From NCBI GenBank assembly GCA_003135635.1, contig PLCJ01000002.1, forward strand, positions 109,451-173,450: a DNA stretch of 64,000 nt, written 5' to 3'. Below, piece after piece: positions 19,882 to 29,595 of the stretch; position 1 is the stretch's first letter, and the number at the start of each line of letters is the position of its first letter. Origin of the DNA: Candidatus Adlerbacteria bacterium. Its GTDB lineage: Bacteria; Patescibacteriota; Minisyncoccia; Phycocordibacterales; SBAW01. The notes beneath the pieces are model-generated. The model saw only the letters and a program-made list of their open reading frames with translations, did not search any database and was not told the DNA's origin. The position numbers and the translations under genes are program-made.

Positions 19882-20343
19882 CTATGACGCTTGTGTAAGC
19901 GCGGAGGAGAGAGATTGTACAAATGCCCCACTTGATTGGGTTGCCCCTGAAACGGTGTTGACTTGTGCACTTTGAGCGGCAATCGCTTCACTTCTAAGAA
20001 TAGGCAGGGCATAGCTACTTACTTCCTGAGAGTGCGCCTGATCACTTGGATACTGGAGGAACGTCACATCCGTAAGTCTGCCACCTTGTATAAGAATTTG
20101 TACTTGCAGAGGACCATAAAATGCGTCTGCCGTAGAACCAGTATACGTGCCATCTTTATATGTGCCCGCTGTTGTAGCAACGACAGGAGTGGGACTATTT
20201 GTACTCGTGCTTTGAGTGGTGGGGGTGGGAGTTGAGGGAAAAGGACTCAGGGCTATGATCTTTGAAGAAGATACACTATTCCACCAGGCGTAGGCGCCGA
20301 GTGCTATGAGTAGTAGTGCTGCAAGTATAATTTTTTTCATCAT
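19882..20343 (-). CDS. FMN-binding domain lipoprotein (NqrC/RnfG/PplA-like), predicted ApbE substrate
   Basis: signal/anchor MMKKIILAALLLIALGA; FMN_bind domain with flavinylation motif NTVSGATQSS ([S/T]GAT). Confidence 0.75.
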   Translation of the reverse strand: MMKKIILAALLLIALGAYAWWNSVSSSKIIALSPFPSTPTPTTQSTSTNSPTPVVATTAGTYKDGTYTGSTADAFYGPLQVQILIQGGRLTDVTFLQYPSDQAHSQEVSSYALPILRSEAIAAQSAQVNTVSGATQSSGAFVQSLSSALTQAS

Positions 20344-20345
20344 TA

Positions 20346-20750
20346 TTACTGAGTTGAAGTTGGAGGGAGAGGGCTTCCCACAGGACGGATTTGGACTGAC
20401 TGGGCAGTTACGCTGCCGTCGGCATTTGTAGAGCCCGTCACCACGACGTTGGTTCCAACAGCTAAATCATTAAGCGTGCCACTGGCAGATTTCATCACTT
20501 GTGTTGCACTGCTGACCAGCACGATTCTGGTGCTGCCACTTGACATCTTTACCGTAACACTGCCGGAGCCCTCAGTAATGATTTGCCCCGAGGTAAAGTT
20601 AGCACCAGCGCGCGCGCCAGTCCCTGGAGTGAACTGGCCACCGGTAAACTGACTGCGTGCGGCTGGGTGTGCTTTTTGATAGGCCGTCCCGCCCCAAAAT
20701 GAGCCCCCGGCAATGATAATGACTCCTATGATTAGCAAAAATGTTTTCAT
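20346..20750 (-). CDS. hypothetical secreted Gly/Thr/Ser-rich protein
   Basis: 134 aa; N-terminal TM/signal; low-complexity beta-rich sequence. Confidence 0.45.
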   Translation of the reverse strand: MKTFLLIIGVIIIAGGSFWGGTAYQKAHPAARSQFTGGQFTPGTGARAGANFTSGQIITEGSGSVTVKMSSGSTRIVLVSSATQVMKSASGTLNDLAVGTNVVVTGSTNADGSVTAQSVQIRPVGSPLPPTSTQ

Positions 20751-20839
20751 ATCTAATGTGTGTTAGCAGATATTAAATCATACGTGGTAGTAAGACATTT
20801 GGTGCACAAAAGAGATCACTCATCTTAATTATTGCTTTT

Positions 20840-22066
20840 CTATTCATATCGCAGTGCTTCGATGGGATTAAGTGAAGCAGCACGACGAGCGGGATAATAA
20901 CCAAATATAATACCAATTATTGCTGAAACTCCGAAAGCCAATACTATAGCTATCCACGATACGGTAGTATGGATTACTCCTGAATAGGAAACACCGAGAG
21001 AAATCGCCACACCAAGAATAATACCGATTGTCCCTCCCACAAGCGTTAACGCTACTGCTTCGGTTAGGAACTGAAGGCTAATGTCACCTTGTTTTGCGCC
21101 GATTGCCTTACGAAGACCGATTTCACGGGTACGTTCTGTTACTGTGGTAAGCATCATATTCATAATACCAATTCCTCCTACAATAAGAGAAATACCAGCC
21201 ACGGCAGCAAGTAATATGGTAAAAGTTTGGGTAATACTGTTGGCAGTGGCAAGGAGGGTACTTTCGTTGAGGACACTAAAATCAGCCTGCGCGGGGTTGC
21301 TAATATTGTGGCGCGTTAAGAGAAGGTCCGTGATATCATTTTGCACTTGTGTCATCACACTGGCGTCTGTGGCTTGGACATCTATCGTGGAGAGGTATTG
21401 ATTGCCCGCGAGATACTGCTCGGCACTTGTTGCAGGAATATATATCATATCGTCTTGATTATTAAATCCACTGCTACCCTTGCTCACGGTTATGCCGATG
21501 ACAGTAAATTCAAGGTTCTTGATGCGAATTATTTGCCCCACAACCCCCACCGCACCAACTCCAAAAAGGTCATCTCGAGCGGTAGGACCTAGCACCGCGA
21601 CTTTCGCCAGTGAAGTATTTTCCTGGTCGGTAATGAAAGAACCTTCTGCAATCTGGATGTTACGGATTTGTGGATACGCAGACGTTACTCCATCAACTGA
21701 GGTGTTGGTGTTAGTCCCCCTTGCGGTTATTTGGTAGCGACCGGATACTTCTGAGGCTACTGCTGCAATATTTGTTACTTGGGAGGCGATAGCATCTGCA
21801 TCTCCCTGCGTAAGACTGCGTGCCGTTCCACGACCACTTGATACCTGAGAGCCTGGCCCCCCCTGGGCTCCAGGAGTTATTTCTATGAGATTTGATCCAA
21901 GTGATTGGATACTACTTTGTATAGAACTTTGTGCACCTTGCCCTATGGAAACCATAGCAATGACAGATGAAATACCGATGACAATGCCAAGTACGGTGAG
22001 CCCGGAGCGTATTTTGTTTGCCGAAAGGGCAGTGTATGTTTCTTGTAGAATATCGCCAAACTTCAT
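20840..22066 (-). CDS. ABC transporter permease, MacB/FtsX-like
   Basis: N-terminal TM, large extracytoplasmic domain, C-terminal 3 TM (FtsX fold). Confidence 0.8.
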   Translation of the reverse strand: MKFGDILQETYTALSANKIRSGLTVLGIVIGISSVIAMVSIGQGAQSSIQSSIQSLGSNLIEITPGAQGGPGSQVSSGRGTARSLTQGDADAIASQVTNIAAVASEVSGRYQITARGTNTNTSVDGVTSAYPQIRNIQIAEGSFITDQENTSLAKVAVLGPTARDDLFGVGAVGVVGQIIRIKNLEFTVIGITVSKGSSGFNNQDDMIYIPATSAEQYLAGNQYLSTIDVQATDASVMTQVQNDITDLLLTRHNISNPAQADFSVLNESTLLATANSITQTFTILLAAVAGISLIVGGIGIMNMMLTTVTERTREIGLRKAIGAKQGDISLQFLTEAVALTLVGGTIGIILGVAISLGVSYSGVIHTTVSWIAIVLAFGVSAIIGIIFGYYPARRAASLNPIEALRYE

Positions 22067-22070
22067 AACA

Positions 22071-22769
22071 TTATGTGGTCTGCCCTGGGCGATTGCGGTG
22101 GTCAGAGAGGATCACCCCATCTCGAAGGGTAATGATGCGTCTGGCATGGGCTGCGACATGCTGCTCGTGGGTGATGAGCACTACGGTACAGCCCTGTTTT
22201 TCGTTGAGCTCTTGAAAGGTACTCAGTACGATTTCTCCGGTCTTGCTATCAAGGTTACCAGTTGGTTCATCGGCAAGTATCAGCGAGGGATCGTTTACCA
22301 GCGCTCGGGCTATCGCCACACGTTGTATCTGACCGCCGGAGAGTTCATTGCTGAGATGAGAAAAATGGGTCTTTGTGAGACCCGCAGCCAGAAGTGAAGT
22401 AGACGCACGCTCTTCGCGGTTTTCTTCATCAACTCCCGCATATATAAGCGGCAGCATCACGTTGCGCAAAACAGTTGTACGAGGTAAAAGATTAAAGGAC
22501 TGAAAAACAAAACCAATTTTATCTTTTCGTATTTCGGCAAGCTCGTCATCTTCCATTTTCGAAACATCCTTTCCGTCAAGGAAGTACGTTCCTGATGTTG
22601 GGATATCAAGGCACCCCAAAATATGCATCAGGGTAGATTTTCCTGAGCCGGACGGTCCCATGATAGCGACAAACTCGCCGTCATTAATAGTAAACGATAC
22701 TCCCTTGAGTGCTTGGAGCGCCATTTCTCCAGAGCCGTAGGTCTTAGTGATATCTTTTATTTCAATCAT
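22071..22769 (-). CDS. ABC transporter ATP-binding protein (MacB/LolD-type)
   Basis: Walker [10 protein letters not shown], signature [15 protein letters not shown], Walker [12 protein letters not shown]. Confidence 0.9.
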   Translation of the reverse strand: MIEIKDITKTYGSGEMALQALKGVSFTINDGEFVAIMGPSGSGKSTLMHILGCLDIPTSGTYFLDGKDVSKMEDDELAEIRKDKIGFVFQSFNLLPRTTVLRNVMLPLIYAGVDEENREERASTSLLAAGLTKTHFSHLSNELSGGQIQRVAIARALVNDPSLILADEPTGNLDSKTGEIVLSTFQELNEKQGCTVVLITHEQHVAAHARRIITLRDGVILSDHRNRPGQTT

Positions 22770-22792
22770 TACTCTTGCCGTCCATAGTCTCG

Positions 22793-24565
22793 TTATAATC
22801 CGATGGTCCTGGCACCACCTCCACCAAAACCAGTGCGGCTGGTGCTGACCGCAGCTGCTGAGGCAGTCGTTTGTCCCGTAGTGGTGCGTACAACAATTTG
22901 CTCTCCTGCTGTTAACCCGGAGACTATCTCGGTATTCGTGTTATCGGTGAGTCCCGCTACAACAGGGACTTGCTGGGGCGCTACGCTGGAGAGTACTCCT
23001 TGAGTGCTCCCAGTATTTGCCAGCGGGGGAGTAAACACCAGAACATATGTTGCAGCAGCTTGTGTCGTTTTGACGGCACCTGAAGGGACGGTGAGTACAT
23101 TTTGATGCGCGGCAGTAATGATTGCTGCACTGGTTGTCATGCCTGCTTTTATGCGTGGGTCTTGGGAATCAAATCCCACCTGCACATCGTACGTCACCAC
23201 TCCTTGGCTTACGGTGCCAGTCGGATTTATTTGTGCCACCACTCCGGTGAGTGTGAGACCACTGATAGCATCAAAAGTGAGAGTAGTTTCGTCACCCAAC
23301 TGTATCTTTGCTGCATCGACTTCATTGACCTGAAGATCAACATACTGCTTTGTCGTGATGAGGGTTGCTAGGGTCGTACCGGAGCCAGCCTGGTCGTACA
23401 CGTGAACGGGCACGGAGCCAATGACACCAGAAAAAGGTGCAGTGATATAATATTCTGCAAGGGTATTTTCTGCCTGCTGAAGCGCTTCTTGTGCTTTCGT
23501 TATGCTCAATTGACTGGACTCCACATCGATAGGATCAGCTCCCGCTTGTGTTTGCTGTAGGGTTTGCTGTGTTACGGTGATGTTATTTTTATCGGTCACG
23601 AGAGTATTGCTATCGGAAAGGAGAGTCGTGAGATGCGACTGCGCTTTGCTTTGATAACTATTAAGGCTAGCTATCTGAGTTGCGGAAACGGGCTTTGGCG
23701 TTGCACCATTTTTGGTGAGTTGATCAGTGTAAAATCCAAGAAGGTTGTTTGAGCTGGTGACCGCCGTCGCCAGAAGTCCTGTTGTTACGTCCGTCTCTTT
23801 GAGCAAGTTCTCAATTGTCTGCGGGTCGGGAGTCGAACTTACTGCCTTGAAATCAGAAAGCGTCTGGTCATAGGATTGCCGCGCAGCCAGATAGTCGTTG
23901 TATGCGATCGTACGATAGGAGGATGCCTGCGGGCTGTATTGAGAGGCCTGCGTGGTGTAATAATCCATATTCCATTGGCTTGCGCCTCCTGCTTCGCTGC
24001 CGAGATTGATGTCTTGAAGACCAGCGATGATGGTAGGAAGATCAAGAAAAGTATTGGTGATGTCGCCAAATGTACTTTGATACAAGCTCGCCAGAGCTTG
24101 TTGGGCCTGAGTGATTGAGTCTTGTTGCTGGGTGAGCGTGAGGGCGGTTGAGGGCTCCTGTAGTTTTTGAAGTGCCAACTGCGCACTTTGTAAATTTTCT
24201 TTGGCGCTTTGCACTGCTTGTTGTGCGGTGGTTGAGTTTAACTGCGCAATAACCTGTCCTGCTCTCACTTGTTCTCCCGGTTTGACCGCGATGTAGGTGA
24301 TTTGTCCGGAGACTTGAGGTTGGATATTGAGCGTGTCAGTTGAGGTGATCTGTCCGCTCTCTGACACGGACGCAACGATAGTGCCTGTCGCCACACCACC
24401 CAGCACGTAGCGTGTCTGGTTGTTCGTGTTTGTGGCTAAGGCAGATGTTGCCCACCATCCTGCCCCCACGAGGCCGAGCACTATGATAGCGCTCCATACC
24501 TTATGTCGCACGATGAAGTTTTTTATCGCTCCAATATATCCTTTTATTTTTGTTCGTACGGCCAT
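22793..24565 (-). CDS. HlyD-family periplasmic adaptor (membrane fusion protein)
   Basis: N-terminal TM anchor, lipoyl-like hairpin segments, very long Q/A/T-rich coiled coil, C-terminal beta-barrel region. Confidence 0.7.
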   Translation of the reverse strand: MAVRTKIKGYIGAIKNFIVRHKVWSAIIVLGLVGAGWWATSALATNTNNQTRYVLGGVATGTIVASVSESGQITSTDTLNIQPQVSGQITYIAVKPGEQVRAGQVIAQLNSTTAQQAVQSAKENLQSAQLALQKLQEPSTALTLTQQQDSITQAQQALASLYQSTFGDITNTFLDLPTIIAGLQDINLGSEAGGASQWNMDYYTTQASQYSPQASSYRTIAYNDYLAARQSYDQTLSDFKAVSSTPDPQTIENLLKETDVTTGLLATAVTSSNNLLGFYTDQLTKNGATPKPVSATQIASLNSYQSKAQSHLTTLLSDSNTLVTDKNNITVTQQTLQQTQAGADPIDVESSQLSITKAQEALQQAENTLAEYYITAPFSGVIGSVPVHVYDQAGSGTTLATLITTKQYVDLQVNEVDAAKIQLGDETTLTFDAISGLTLTGVVAQINPTGTVSQGVVTYDVQVGFDSQDPRIKAGMTTSAAIITAAHQNVLTVPSGAVKTTQAAATYVLVFTPPLANTGSTQGVLSSVAPQQVPVVAGLTDNTNTEIVSGLTAGEQIVVRTTTGQTTASAAAVSTSRTGFGGGGARTIGL

Positions 24566-24591
24566 ATGTGCAGATTTTTTTGTATAAAATT

Positions 24592-25056
24592 TTACTGTTG
24601 TCTAGGGGGAAGTGGCATGGGCGGCAGTATGCGGATAAGTTGCGCTTCAATATACCCTTGCGTGTCGGGCTCTCCCAACACAATTACTGCCTCTCCTTGG
24701 CTGAGTGTGGTACTTGTTGCCTCACCATGAATGATCGTTGAGGTGCTAACAAGAATAGTCTCGCTACTACCGGTACGAGTCTGCAGAGTAAGCAGTGGCA
24801 ACGCGACGTTTGTTAGGGTGCCCACCGCTCCATGACCGTCTTCTATAAATTCGTGTGGGAGAGGAAACATACCAAATGGTGTGGCAAAGGATCCAGGACC
24901 GTGATTAAACGGAGGAACACGCTCAAAGCCATGCCGCTCAGCCTCAAATAGCATACCGAGATTGAAAATAAGTATGACAACAATGCAGCCACCGAGGATA
25001 CCAAGCCCCATACGCGTGCGCCGCGACTCCCAGATTTTTTTTACCTCATCAGACAT
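24592..25056 (-). CDS. hypothetical single-pass membrane protein
   Basis: 154 aa, one TM (LGILGGCIVVILIFNLGMLF) and an extracytoplasmic domain. Confidence 0.45.
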   Translation of the reverse strand: MSDEVKKIWESRRTRMGLGILGGCIVVILIFNLGMLFEAERHGFERVPPFNHGPGSFATPFGMFPLPHEFIEDGHGAVGTLTNVALPLLTLQTRTGSSETILVSTSTIIHGEATSTTLSQGEAVIVLGEPDTQGYIEAQLIRILPPMPLPPRQQ

Positions 25057-25065
25057 AGCAACGCC

Positions 25066-25482
25066 TTATGCGCCTACTGGAGTAAATGCATATCGAACAT
25101 TGCGTGGTATGCGTGAAAGTGACCACCCAAATACTCCTGCGCATACAAGTACGCCTGCTATTGCAAAGGAAGGCAATGATTCAAGAAGCAGGTAGCTGAA
25201 GGTTTGCCAAAAAGAGAAAATTACGTTGTGATCGGAAACCATAAGAGAAAGATAATCATAAAATCCCGAAGCATAAAATTCCTGAACCGCGTAGGAAAGT
25301 GCGGAAATAAGAGCAACACCAGAAAAAAGTGCCACTGTGGCGGTTATGCCTATTTGGATACGGGCAGCACGACGCCGCACAGCAGCAACGTGCTGAAGTA
25401 CGACTCCACAAAGAGCCTGAGGAGGCACAACTTCTTTTAGAAACGTGTACAGATAATCCTGCATGCCAATACATACGAACAC
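25066..25482 (-). CDS. hypothetical membrane protein (candidate anti-sigma factor)
   Basis: 138 aa, several TM segments, immediately downstream of the ECF sigma gene; the role is inferred from position only. Confidence 0.35.
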   Translation of the reverse strand: MFVCIGMQDYLYTFLKEVVPPQALCGVVLQHVAAVRRRAARIQIGITATVALFSGVALISALSYAVQEFYASGFYDYLSLMVSDHNVIFSFWQTFSYLLLESLPSFAIAGVLVCAGVFGWSLSRIPRNVRYAFTPVGA

Positions 25483-25548
25483 CAGGCTCTATTTGGTGCG
25501 CCCAGCCTCCCGATACATAGAGGGGGAAGTATGGGGCTATCCAGGCAA

Positions 25549-26115
25549 TCAAGGTGATGCATCCAGGAGTTTGCGCAAAATTATAAGGGCTCGGTAGTGT
25601 CGACTTTTAACGGTGTTCGTAGGTTGCTTGAGGATTTTGCCTATTTCTTCAAAAGTCAGTCGGTTCGTGTAATGGAGTAGCAGCACATCACGTTGAGAGG
25701 GAGGGAGAGTGGTTATTGCTTCTTGCAGATCCTTTTCGTCCTCGCCTCGTATCATCATTTCTTCTGCAAGGAGCTCAGTATCGGATACCGTCTCTTCGAG
25801 AATATTTTTCCCTTGGGCGGTTTCAAATGTCGAAAACGGAATTTGTTTTTTCTTGCGTATCTTGTCAACAGCGGTGTTGCGTGCGATACGCATAAGCCAT
25901 GTGGTAAATTTTCCTGCGCTTACCTTGTATCGATGTATATTCCGCCATACTTTCACAAATGTCTCTTGAGTGATATCTTCTGCATCATATTCGCTTCCCG
26001 TGAATCGCAGAGCAAAGGAATATACCATAGTGAGATTGCGTCGCGTGAGTTCCTCAAAAGCGTTTTCATTTCCGCGCACGTATAAGGCGATAAGCTCTTC
26101 ATTGGATTGCTCCAT
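25549..26115 (-). CDS. ECF-type RNA polymerase sigma-70 factor
   Basis: region 2 (TMVYSFALRFTGSEYDAEDITQETFVKVW) and region 4 HTH (LTFEEIGKILKQPTNTVKSRHYRAL); start placed at the internal MEQSNEEL Met; the track ORF extends to 26184. Confidence 0.8.
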   Translation of the reverse strand: MEQSNEELIALYVRGNENAFEELTRRNLTMVYSFALRFTGSEYDAEDITQETFVKVWRNIHRYKVSAGKFTTWLMRIARNTAVDKIRKKKQIPFSTFETAQGKNILEETVSDTELLAEEMMIRGEDEKDLQEAITTLPPSQRDVLLLHYTNRLTFEEIGKILKQPTNTVKSRHYRALIILRKLLDASP

Positions 26116-26680
26116 GATGCGTAAGTATACTGTACCCATGCAACAAGAAACTATTGTGCTTGGGGGAGGGTGTTTTTGGTGCACCGAAGCAGTTTTTAGA
26201 CGACTGAGGGGGGTTACTTCAGTTCAATCTGGCTACACGGGAGGACACATAAAACATCCCACGTACGAAGCGGTCTTGGGGGGCAACACGGGTCACGTGG
26301 AAGTTATAAAGATCGAGTATGATCCCGACCAGATCGCTTTTGAAGAAATTTTGCACATCTTTTTTACCAGTCATGACCCGACGACACTCAACCGGCAGGG
26401 GAATGATGTTGGAGTGCAATATCGCTCGGCGATTTTTTATACAACCCCACGCCAACAAGCCAAAGCACAACACTACATCGATGTTCTTAATCATCATGGA
26501 TATACAAAGCCAATTGTCACTACCGTGGAACCGCTTGAGGTGTTTTATCCGGCCGAAGAGTATCATAAAAATTATTACGAGACTCACGCAAATGCACCTT
26601 ACTGTGAATTGGTAATTGCGCCTAAAGTAAAAAAAGTCCAAGAAAAATTTCCGACGTTAATTAAAAAAGATGAGTCCTGA
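26114..26680 (+). CDS. msrA: peptide methionine sulfoxide reductase MsrA
   Basis: GGGCFWCTEAVF active-site motif; the true start may be 26114 or 26138; the track ORF from 25970 has a non-homologous N-terminal extension. Confidence 0.85.
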   Translation: MMRKYTVPMQQETIVLGGGCFWCTEAVFRRLRGVTSVQSGYTGGHIKHPTYEAVLGGNTGHVEVIKIEYDPDQIAFEEILHIFFTSHDPTTLNRQGNDVGVQYRSAIFYTTPRQQAKAQHYIDVLNHHGYTKPIVTTVEPLEVFYPAEEYHKNYYETHANAPYCELVIAPKVKKVQEKFPTLIKKDES

Positions 26681-27086
26681 TGCATTTCACGCAATAGTTG
26701 CTGAGGAATTTCCCCGTGCAATACCGGAGCGATTTGTAAGCCAGATACACAACGTTGCCTTTCTCGTTGAGGATGAACCTACGCAAGAAGTTCGCACTCA
26801 AGAAGGATTGTCGATAAACGAGACATTGCTCGGGTATTATCGGGGAATTCCTGCGACTCTGCGCGGGGATGTGTATGGAGTCGGCGCCACTCTACCCGAC
26901 AGCATTGTTTTGTACCGGCTGCCGATCATACAAGAAGCGCAGTATCTCTGCGGCGATGTCTCCGCTTTATTTGAAGAAAGGGTGCGACAAGTAGTGCGCG
27001 AGACTATTTGGCATGAGGTTGCACACCATTTTGGTATGGGCGAACATGAAGTACGCAGGCGAGAGAAAGAACGTAATAAAAAATGA
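26670..27086 (+). CDS. zincin-like metallopeptidase family protein (Zincin_1/DUF1025-like)
   Basis: 138 aa with C-terminal HEVAHHFGMGEHE (HExxH + E). Confidence 0.6.
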   Translation: MSPDAFHAIVAEEFPRAIPERFVSQIHNVAFLVEDEPTQEVRTQEGLSINETLLGYYRGIPATLRGDVYGVGATLPDSIVLYRLPIIQEAQYLCGDVSALFEERVRQVVRETIWHEVAHHFGMGEHEVRRREKERNKK

Positions 27087-27098
27087 TACACTGGAGGT

Positions 27099-27539
27099 AT
27101 GGAGAAAAAAGTGCTGCTTGCTCCTTTTTATTTGATCGCCGCGGCATGTATTGGTCTTGGTGATACACTCTATCTTTCCTATTACGAACACCTGGGTCTC
27201 ACTCCAACGTGCGCTTTGCATGGCTGTGAACAGGTGCTGACGAGCGTGTATGCCAAATTTAATGGTGTACCGCTGGCATACATCGGTCTTGTCTTTTACG
27301 TCTATATGCTTGCTCTTGCGTTGCTTCTTGCCTATGATCCGCACTCAAAGGGGCTTCGCTTGGGAGTACTTCTCTACACGGCTGCGGGGCTCCTTCTTTC
27401 TATTGGATTTGAATCGGTCCAGATTCTCATCATCGGCGCCATATGTATGTACTGCGCTATCTCAGCAATTACTACGCTTCTGTTGTGTGCTCTGGCAGTG
27501 TGGCATTTTTTTTCAACTCGTGCTGCTTCCGCGACCTAG
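27099..27539 (+). CDS. vitamin K epoxide reductase (VKOR) family membrane protein
   Basis: 4-5 TM; loop cysteines (PTCALHGC) and TM CxxC (CMYCAIS). Confidence 0.55.
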   Translation: MEKKVLLAPFYLIAAACIGLGDTLYLSYYEHLGLTPTCALHGCEQVLTSVYAKFNGVPLAYIGLVFYVYMLALALLLAYDPHSKGLRLGVLLYTAAGLLLSIGFESVQILIIGAICMYCAISAITTLLLCALAVWHFFSTRAASAT

Positions 27540-28318
27540 TATCTCCTTCTTTGCAGGCCGCGAAACATTCTCCAGAGCACAAAGAAGAAAAGTATTACAA
27601 CGATAGGGTAGAAGAAACCAATATTGCCAACAACGTAACGCAAGATGGAAAGTACATATAGCGCTATCACCGCTCCGGTAAGACCCGCGGTGTGCGCGAT
27701 TGTGCCCGTGGTAGTGGTAGCCACCTGTTTTTGCGTTTCAGCGCTGAGGACCACCCCGGAGCTATCGGTCCCTTTTGCTTGCACTATTTGCGCTTGTGCC
27801 CAAATTATTCCGCTATCAAGGGCTTTTGCGGCGCTTGTTCGGCCCGAGTCTATGGCGCTTAGGGTGGGTACAACAGCTTGAGCAACGGTGGGAGAAACGT
27901 TGGCGATTGCAGTATCAATGGGTTGAGAAGACTCTATAGAGGAACTGGGGGTGCTTGAGGGAGGGGTAGCAACAAGAAAGGTTGCTTGTTGCTCGGCTAA
28001 AAATAGTTGATTTGAATCATATAAATCTGCAGTAATTGTATGGGATCCTGCAGTCGGTTTCCATGAAATGGAAGCGACCTGTGCTTCTTTGGAAGATAGG
28101 GAGAGAGATATTGATCCGAGAGAATCCTTTCCATCAAGAAACTTAAGACTACCGGTGAAAGAACTGTCGGCAGTATTTGAAATGACCGCATGAATGAGGA
28201 CAGAATCGCCCTGGGTAACTGAATCCTGAGAAAGGAAGATAGATTGTTTGGCAAAATCTGCCGCGGACACGAGGGTAGGCAAAAGAAAAAGTATTATTGC
28301 TACAAAAACTTTTTTCAT
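27536..28318 (-). CDS. hypothetical secreted protein with C-terminal membrane anchor
   Basis: signal peptide MKKVFVAIILFLLPTLVSA, Ser/Thr-rich, C-terminal TM plus basic tail. Confidence 0.45.
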   Translation of the reverse strand: MKKVFVAIILFLLPTLVSAADFAKQSIFLSQDSVTQGDSVLIHAVISNTADSSFTGSLKFLDGKDSLGSISLSLSSKEAQVASISWKPTAGSHTITADLYDSNQLFLAEQQATFLVATPPSSTPSSSIESSQPIDTAIANVSPTVAQAVVPTLSAIDSGRTSAAKALDSGIIWAQAQIVQAKGTDSSGVVLSAETQKQVATTTTGTIAHTAGLTGAVIALYVLSILRYVVGNIGFFYPIVVILFFFVLWRMFRGLQRRRY

Positions 28319-28399
28319 GCTACAAAAAGTATAGCACGAGAGATTTTACCTTTTTACGGGCGACGATCTAAAAAGAGGCTCTTACCGAGCCTCTTTTCT

Positions 28400-29539
28400 A
28401 TGTGGTACCATTTTCTCATGGGGGATTTTTTCAAAAACTTCTGGCATCACATTGTTCCTTCTGAACACAACTCATATCGACCACATCTCCTTCGGCCCTC
28501 TTGGCTCGGTTTTTTCCTCGCAATCATTCTAGCCGCAGAGGGATTTTTAGTAACCAATCTAGTTGTGCGTCAATCCAGCGAGAATTTTCTTGCTGCAGTT
28601 GTACCGGGAGAGATCATTGCTCTTATCAACGTCCAGCGTGGACAAAACGATGTTGGAGCATTGCAAGAAAATAGTTATCTTGACGCTGCTGCGCAAGCGA
28701 AGGCGGAAGATATGGCGGCTCAGGGATATTTTTCCCACATTGGACCGAATGGCAAAACACCATGGGCCTGGATAGAGGGCGCGGGCTATACCTATCAATA
28801 CGCTGGAGAAAATCTCGCTGTGCGTTTCGTTGACTCCACTGATGTAATAAACGCATGGATGGCCTCACCCACTCATCGCGCTAATATTGTAAAGGGCGTG
28901 TATACCGACACCGGTGTCGGGGTAGCACAAGGTATCTATCAAGGTCAGCCCGCGACATTTGTGGTGCAATATTTTGGCTCTCCTGCTTCTGTCGCAGCGG
29001 TAGCACAAGCTCCTCCAGAATCAACTACCGCAGTTAACACTAGTGTTGCCCAAAAAGCCTCCAAAGCGGTAGGGCAAACCACTACGTCGGCATCAAGTAC
29101 CCTCGCAAGCAACAGCGTGCCAAACGGAGTGCCGCCAGCATCCCAGGTATTGGGGGCGCAAACTACTCCAGGACCAAATACCGCAGCAGGCGTCAGTGCG
29201 CCAATCAAAGCACAGTCGCTGTCTCAGATGGTAGTGAGGGCATTTGCTCATATCCAGGCGGAGCCGCTTCTGGTAACTGAATGGGTATTGGGTACGATCG
29301 CCGCTATTCTTGGTATTCTCCTCTTTCTTGTTTTTTTCGTACACATTCAAATTCAACCCACCCAGATGCTTATGACCGGTACGACCCTGGTAGTTTTCAC
29401 CCTTTTTCTCATGTACTGCAACAGCAGTTTTCTTACGGGGGCCGCCTCAAACAGCAACCAATCTGCCAGCGTCTCTCAAGGGATAGATGGTGCTCGGGGC
29501 GTCGTGATAGATCCCGTAGCGGCTGCAACCCAGCACTGA
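28400..29539 (+). CDS. CAP/SCP/PR1-like domain protein with Thr/Ser-rich linker and C-terminal TM segments
   Basis: CAP motifs (YFSHIGPNG, GENLAV, WMASPTHRANI); start moved to the internal MWYHFLMG to avoid overlap with the divergent gene; the track ORF starts at 28244. Confidence 0.6.
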   Translation: MWYHFLMGDFFKNFWHHIVPSEHNSYRPHLLRPSWLGFFLAIILAAEGFLVTNLVVRQSSENFLAAVVPGEIIALINVQRGQNDVGALQENSYLDAAAQAKAEDMAAQGYFSHIGPNGKTPWAWIEGAGYTYQYAGENLAVRFVDSTDVINAWMASPTHRANIVKGVYTDTGVGVAQGIYQGQPATFVVQYFGSPASVAAVAQAPPESTTAVNTSVAQKASKAVGQTTTSASSTLASNSVPNGVPPASQVLGAQTTPGPNTAAGVSAPIKAQSLSQMVVRAFAHIQAEPLLVTEWVLGTIAAILGILLFLVFFVHIQIQPTQMLMTGTTLVVFTLFLMYCNSSFLTGAASNSNQSASVSQGIDGARGVVIDPVAAATQH

Positions 29540-29595
29540 GTGGTTCTGGGAATAATGCGCTTGCGAGTAGTACAAGCGAGGATTATGCTGGTGGT

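Noticed and set aside
29281-29595. 105-aa N-terminal extension of the FKBP ORF and the overlapping 87-aa minus-strand ORFs at 28945-29356
   Set aside because: The extension is in a different part of the sequence from the FKBP domain and overlaps the 3' end of the CAP-domain gene. The internal Met at 29596 precedes a proper TM anchor.
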